A stretch of 64,000 nucleotides of DNA from Selaginella moellendorffii (lineage: Eukaryota > Plantae > Lycopodiophyta): positions 191,261 through 255,260 of the forward strand of contig NW_003314312.1 in the NCBI RefSeq assembly GCF_000143415.4, read 5' to 3'. The notes beneath the pieces were generated by a model that saw only the letters and a program-made list of their open reading frames with translations, did no database searches and had not been told where the DNA came from. Made by a program: the position numbers and the translations under genes. Every line of letters starts with the position of its first letter. Position 1 is the stretch's first letter. Shown here one piece after another: positions 62,155 to 64,000 of this stretch.

Positions 62155-64000
62155 ATGGCCTGCCTGGCCGTGGACAATGCGTGGTGCCATCGGTTCGAGG
62201 CCTCCATCCCCGAAGCTCGGAGTGATTTGAGCTCTCGGATTGCGTTTCCAGCGTCGCGGCAGAGGAGATTCCTCAAGGTAAGATCACGAAATTTTAGGCG
62301 CGCAAAGAGAGATAGATCCAATCAATCGATTCTAACGCATTGGAAGGATGAATGCAGTGTCGCAGTCGACCACGCCGATCACAGTGGCTTCTCAAGGCCT
62401 CCGGGTCGGACGATAAGTCAAATTCCACTCCCAGTGGCACCAAGACTGCTGACAAGGAGGAAGAGAAAGCTTCGGATTCGCAAGAAAAGCAGGAGGAGCA
62501 GCCACAGGAGATCAAGCAAGAGATGGATTGGAAACAAGACGAGGATTTCAAGAAGTTCATGGGAAATCCTTCCATCGAGGCAGCGTTGAAGCTGGAGAAG
62601 AAGAGAGCCGAGCAAAGACTCAAGGAGCTAAACAACGAGCAGGGTGGCAACGTTTTCACGGGCTTGATACAAAACATATCACGAAGTATCGTCCAAAGAG
62701 AAAAGGATAGGCTGGAGCAAGTCGAGCAGAAATTCAAGGCACTGGATCTTGGCAAGGTATGCGTTCCTTTTTTTTTTTCTCTTTTGCTCTTAAATGTGAC
62801 TTTGCAGTTGAAAAGCTGCTTTGGATACGATACATTCTATGCGACCGATGTTCGCCGCTTTGGAGACGGTGGAATTTACATTGGAAACTTGAGAAAGCCC
62901 ATCGATGAAGTGATCCCAGTATTGAAAGAAAGGCTGGCCAATGCCGCTGGAAGGGAAGTGACGATCTGGTTTATGGAAGAGGAGGATCGGGAAGGCAACG
63001 ACATAAAAAAACAAGTGAGATTTTCCTTTGTATTCGTGGTGTTCTTACTTGTTCGTGCCAAACTCGTGTTTGTGATCCAGGTTTGTGTCGTTCAGCCCAA
63101 GGAGGAAATCGACCTTCAATATGAGCTTTCTTCACTGAACAATGTTGCGGGGTACATCAGCGCTTTGCTCCTCGGAGTCACAACTCTGGGAACAATCTCG
63201 CTGACGAGTGGTTTTTTCTTGACACCAAACGCCACCTTTGACGATTATATCGCTCGAGTTCTACCTCTTTTTGGTGGATTTATCACCATTCTCGGTGTCT
63301 CAGAGGTACGATTTATTTGGGCTATGAACTTGCGTTCCTATAAAACTTTTTTTCTTCTTTTTTTTTCACAGGCTGCTACACGGCTTACTGCGAACAAGTA
63401 TGGCGTTCGTCTCAGCCCATCATTTTTAATCCCTTCGACATGGACTGGATGCCTCGGCGTTGTAAACAACTACGAGTCCATACTTCCCAGCAAGAAAGCA
63501 CTCTTCGACATTGCTGCTGCTAGAATAACCAGTGCCTACGTTACGTCTTTTCTTCTTGCTGCAATTGCGTTTTACCTCGACCAAAGCCTCAACGGTGGTG
63601 ATAACGCTCTGTAAGTTTTCTTTCCTCTGCTCTTTTCTTTCTATCTTCCTCGGTTGATTGGATCTGGTGTACAGGTATATAAGGCCGCAGTTCTTCTTCA
63701 ATAATCCTCTCCTCTCCTTCATCCAGTACGTGACTGGGCCTTACACTGACGAACTTGGAAACGTTCTTCCTCAAGCAGTGCCAGGTCTTGGTGTTCCGGT
63801 CGATCCATTAGCGTTTGCTGGCCTCCTTGGTAAGAATATGAAATCTCTCGTTTATTCTCCAAAACTGAGAGAGAGAAAACACTTACAGGAATCGTGGTGA
63901 CTTCCATGAATCTCCTGCCCTGCGGGAGACTCGAAGGTGGCCGAATCGCCCAAGCTCTCTACGGCAGGAGAGTGGCAAACATTCTCTCTTTCTTCACATC
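62155..64000 (+). CDS. EGY3: Chloroplast M50-family metalloprotease-like protein EGY3, runs off the window
   Basis: MDWKQDEDFKKFMGNPSIEAALKLEKKRA, CFGYDTFYATDVRRFGDGGIYIGNLRKP, LSPSFLIPSTWTGCLGVVNNYES and NLLPCGRLEGGRIAQA. Confidence 0.92.

Overview
Eukaryotic land-plant genomic DNA. The very short (~50-70 nt) introns, tight gene spacing and element types point to a lycophyte such as Selaginella; this is an inference. The window has three parts. (1) 1-5.7 kb: the 5' half of a SWEETIE/HEATR5 gene on the minus strand, with a small GH18 chitinase remnant in its upstream region. (2) ~6-45.5 kb: a nested transposon block. It holds a near-intact Tf1/sushi-type chromovirus (self-priming PBS, -1 frameshift pseudoknot), several solo LTRs, three decayed copies of an older gypsy family, 5S-bearing Cassandra TRIMs, a decayed LINE, and a very young 7.7-kb non-coding LTR element whose interior is packed with back-to-back RNA hairpins. 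Inside this block sits a two-gene island: a pathogen-related protein and an intronless, AT-rich secreted protein made of an unknown N-terminal domain plus a GNA/bulb lectin domain. (3) 46-64 kb: a gene-dense stretch with an orphan ORF, XTH, cofactor-independent phosphoglycerate mutase, PILS with a large Q/G/F/P-rich loop, HMG-CoA synthase, a MEI2-like RRM gene and EGY3. The most unusual items are the hairpin-array non-autonomous retroelement and the lectin fusion gene. All counts and alignments were done by eye.
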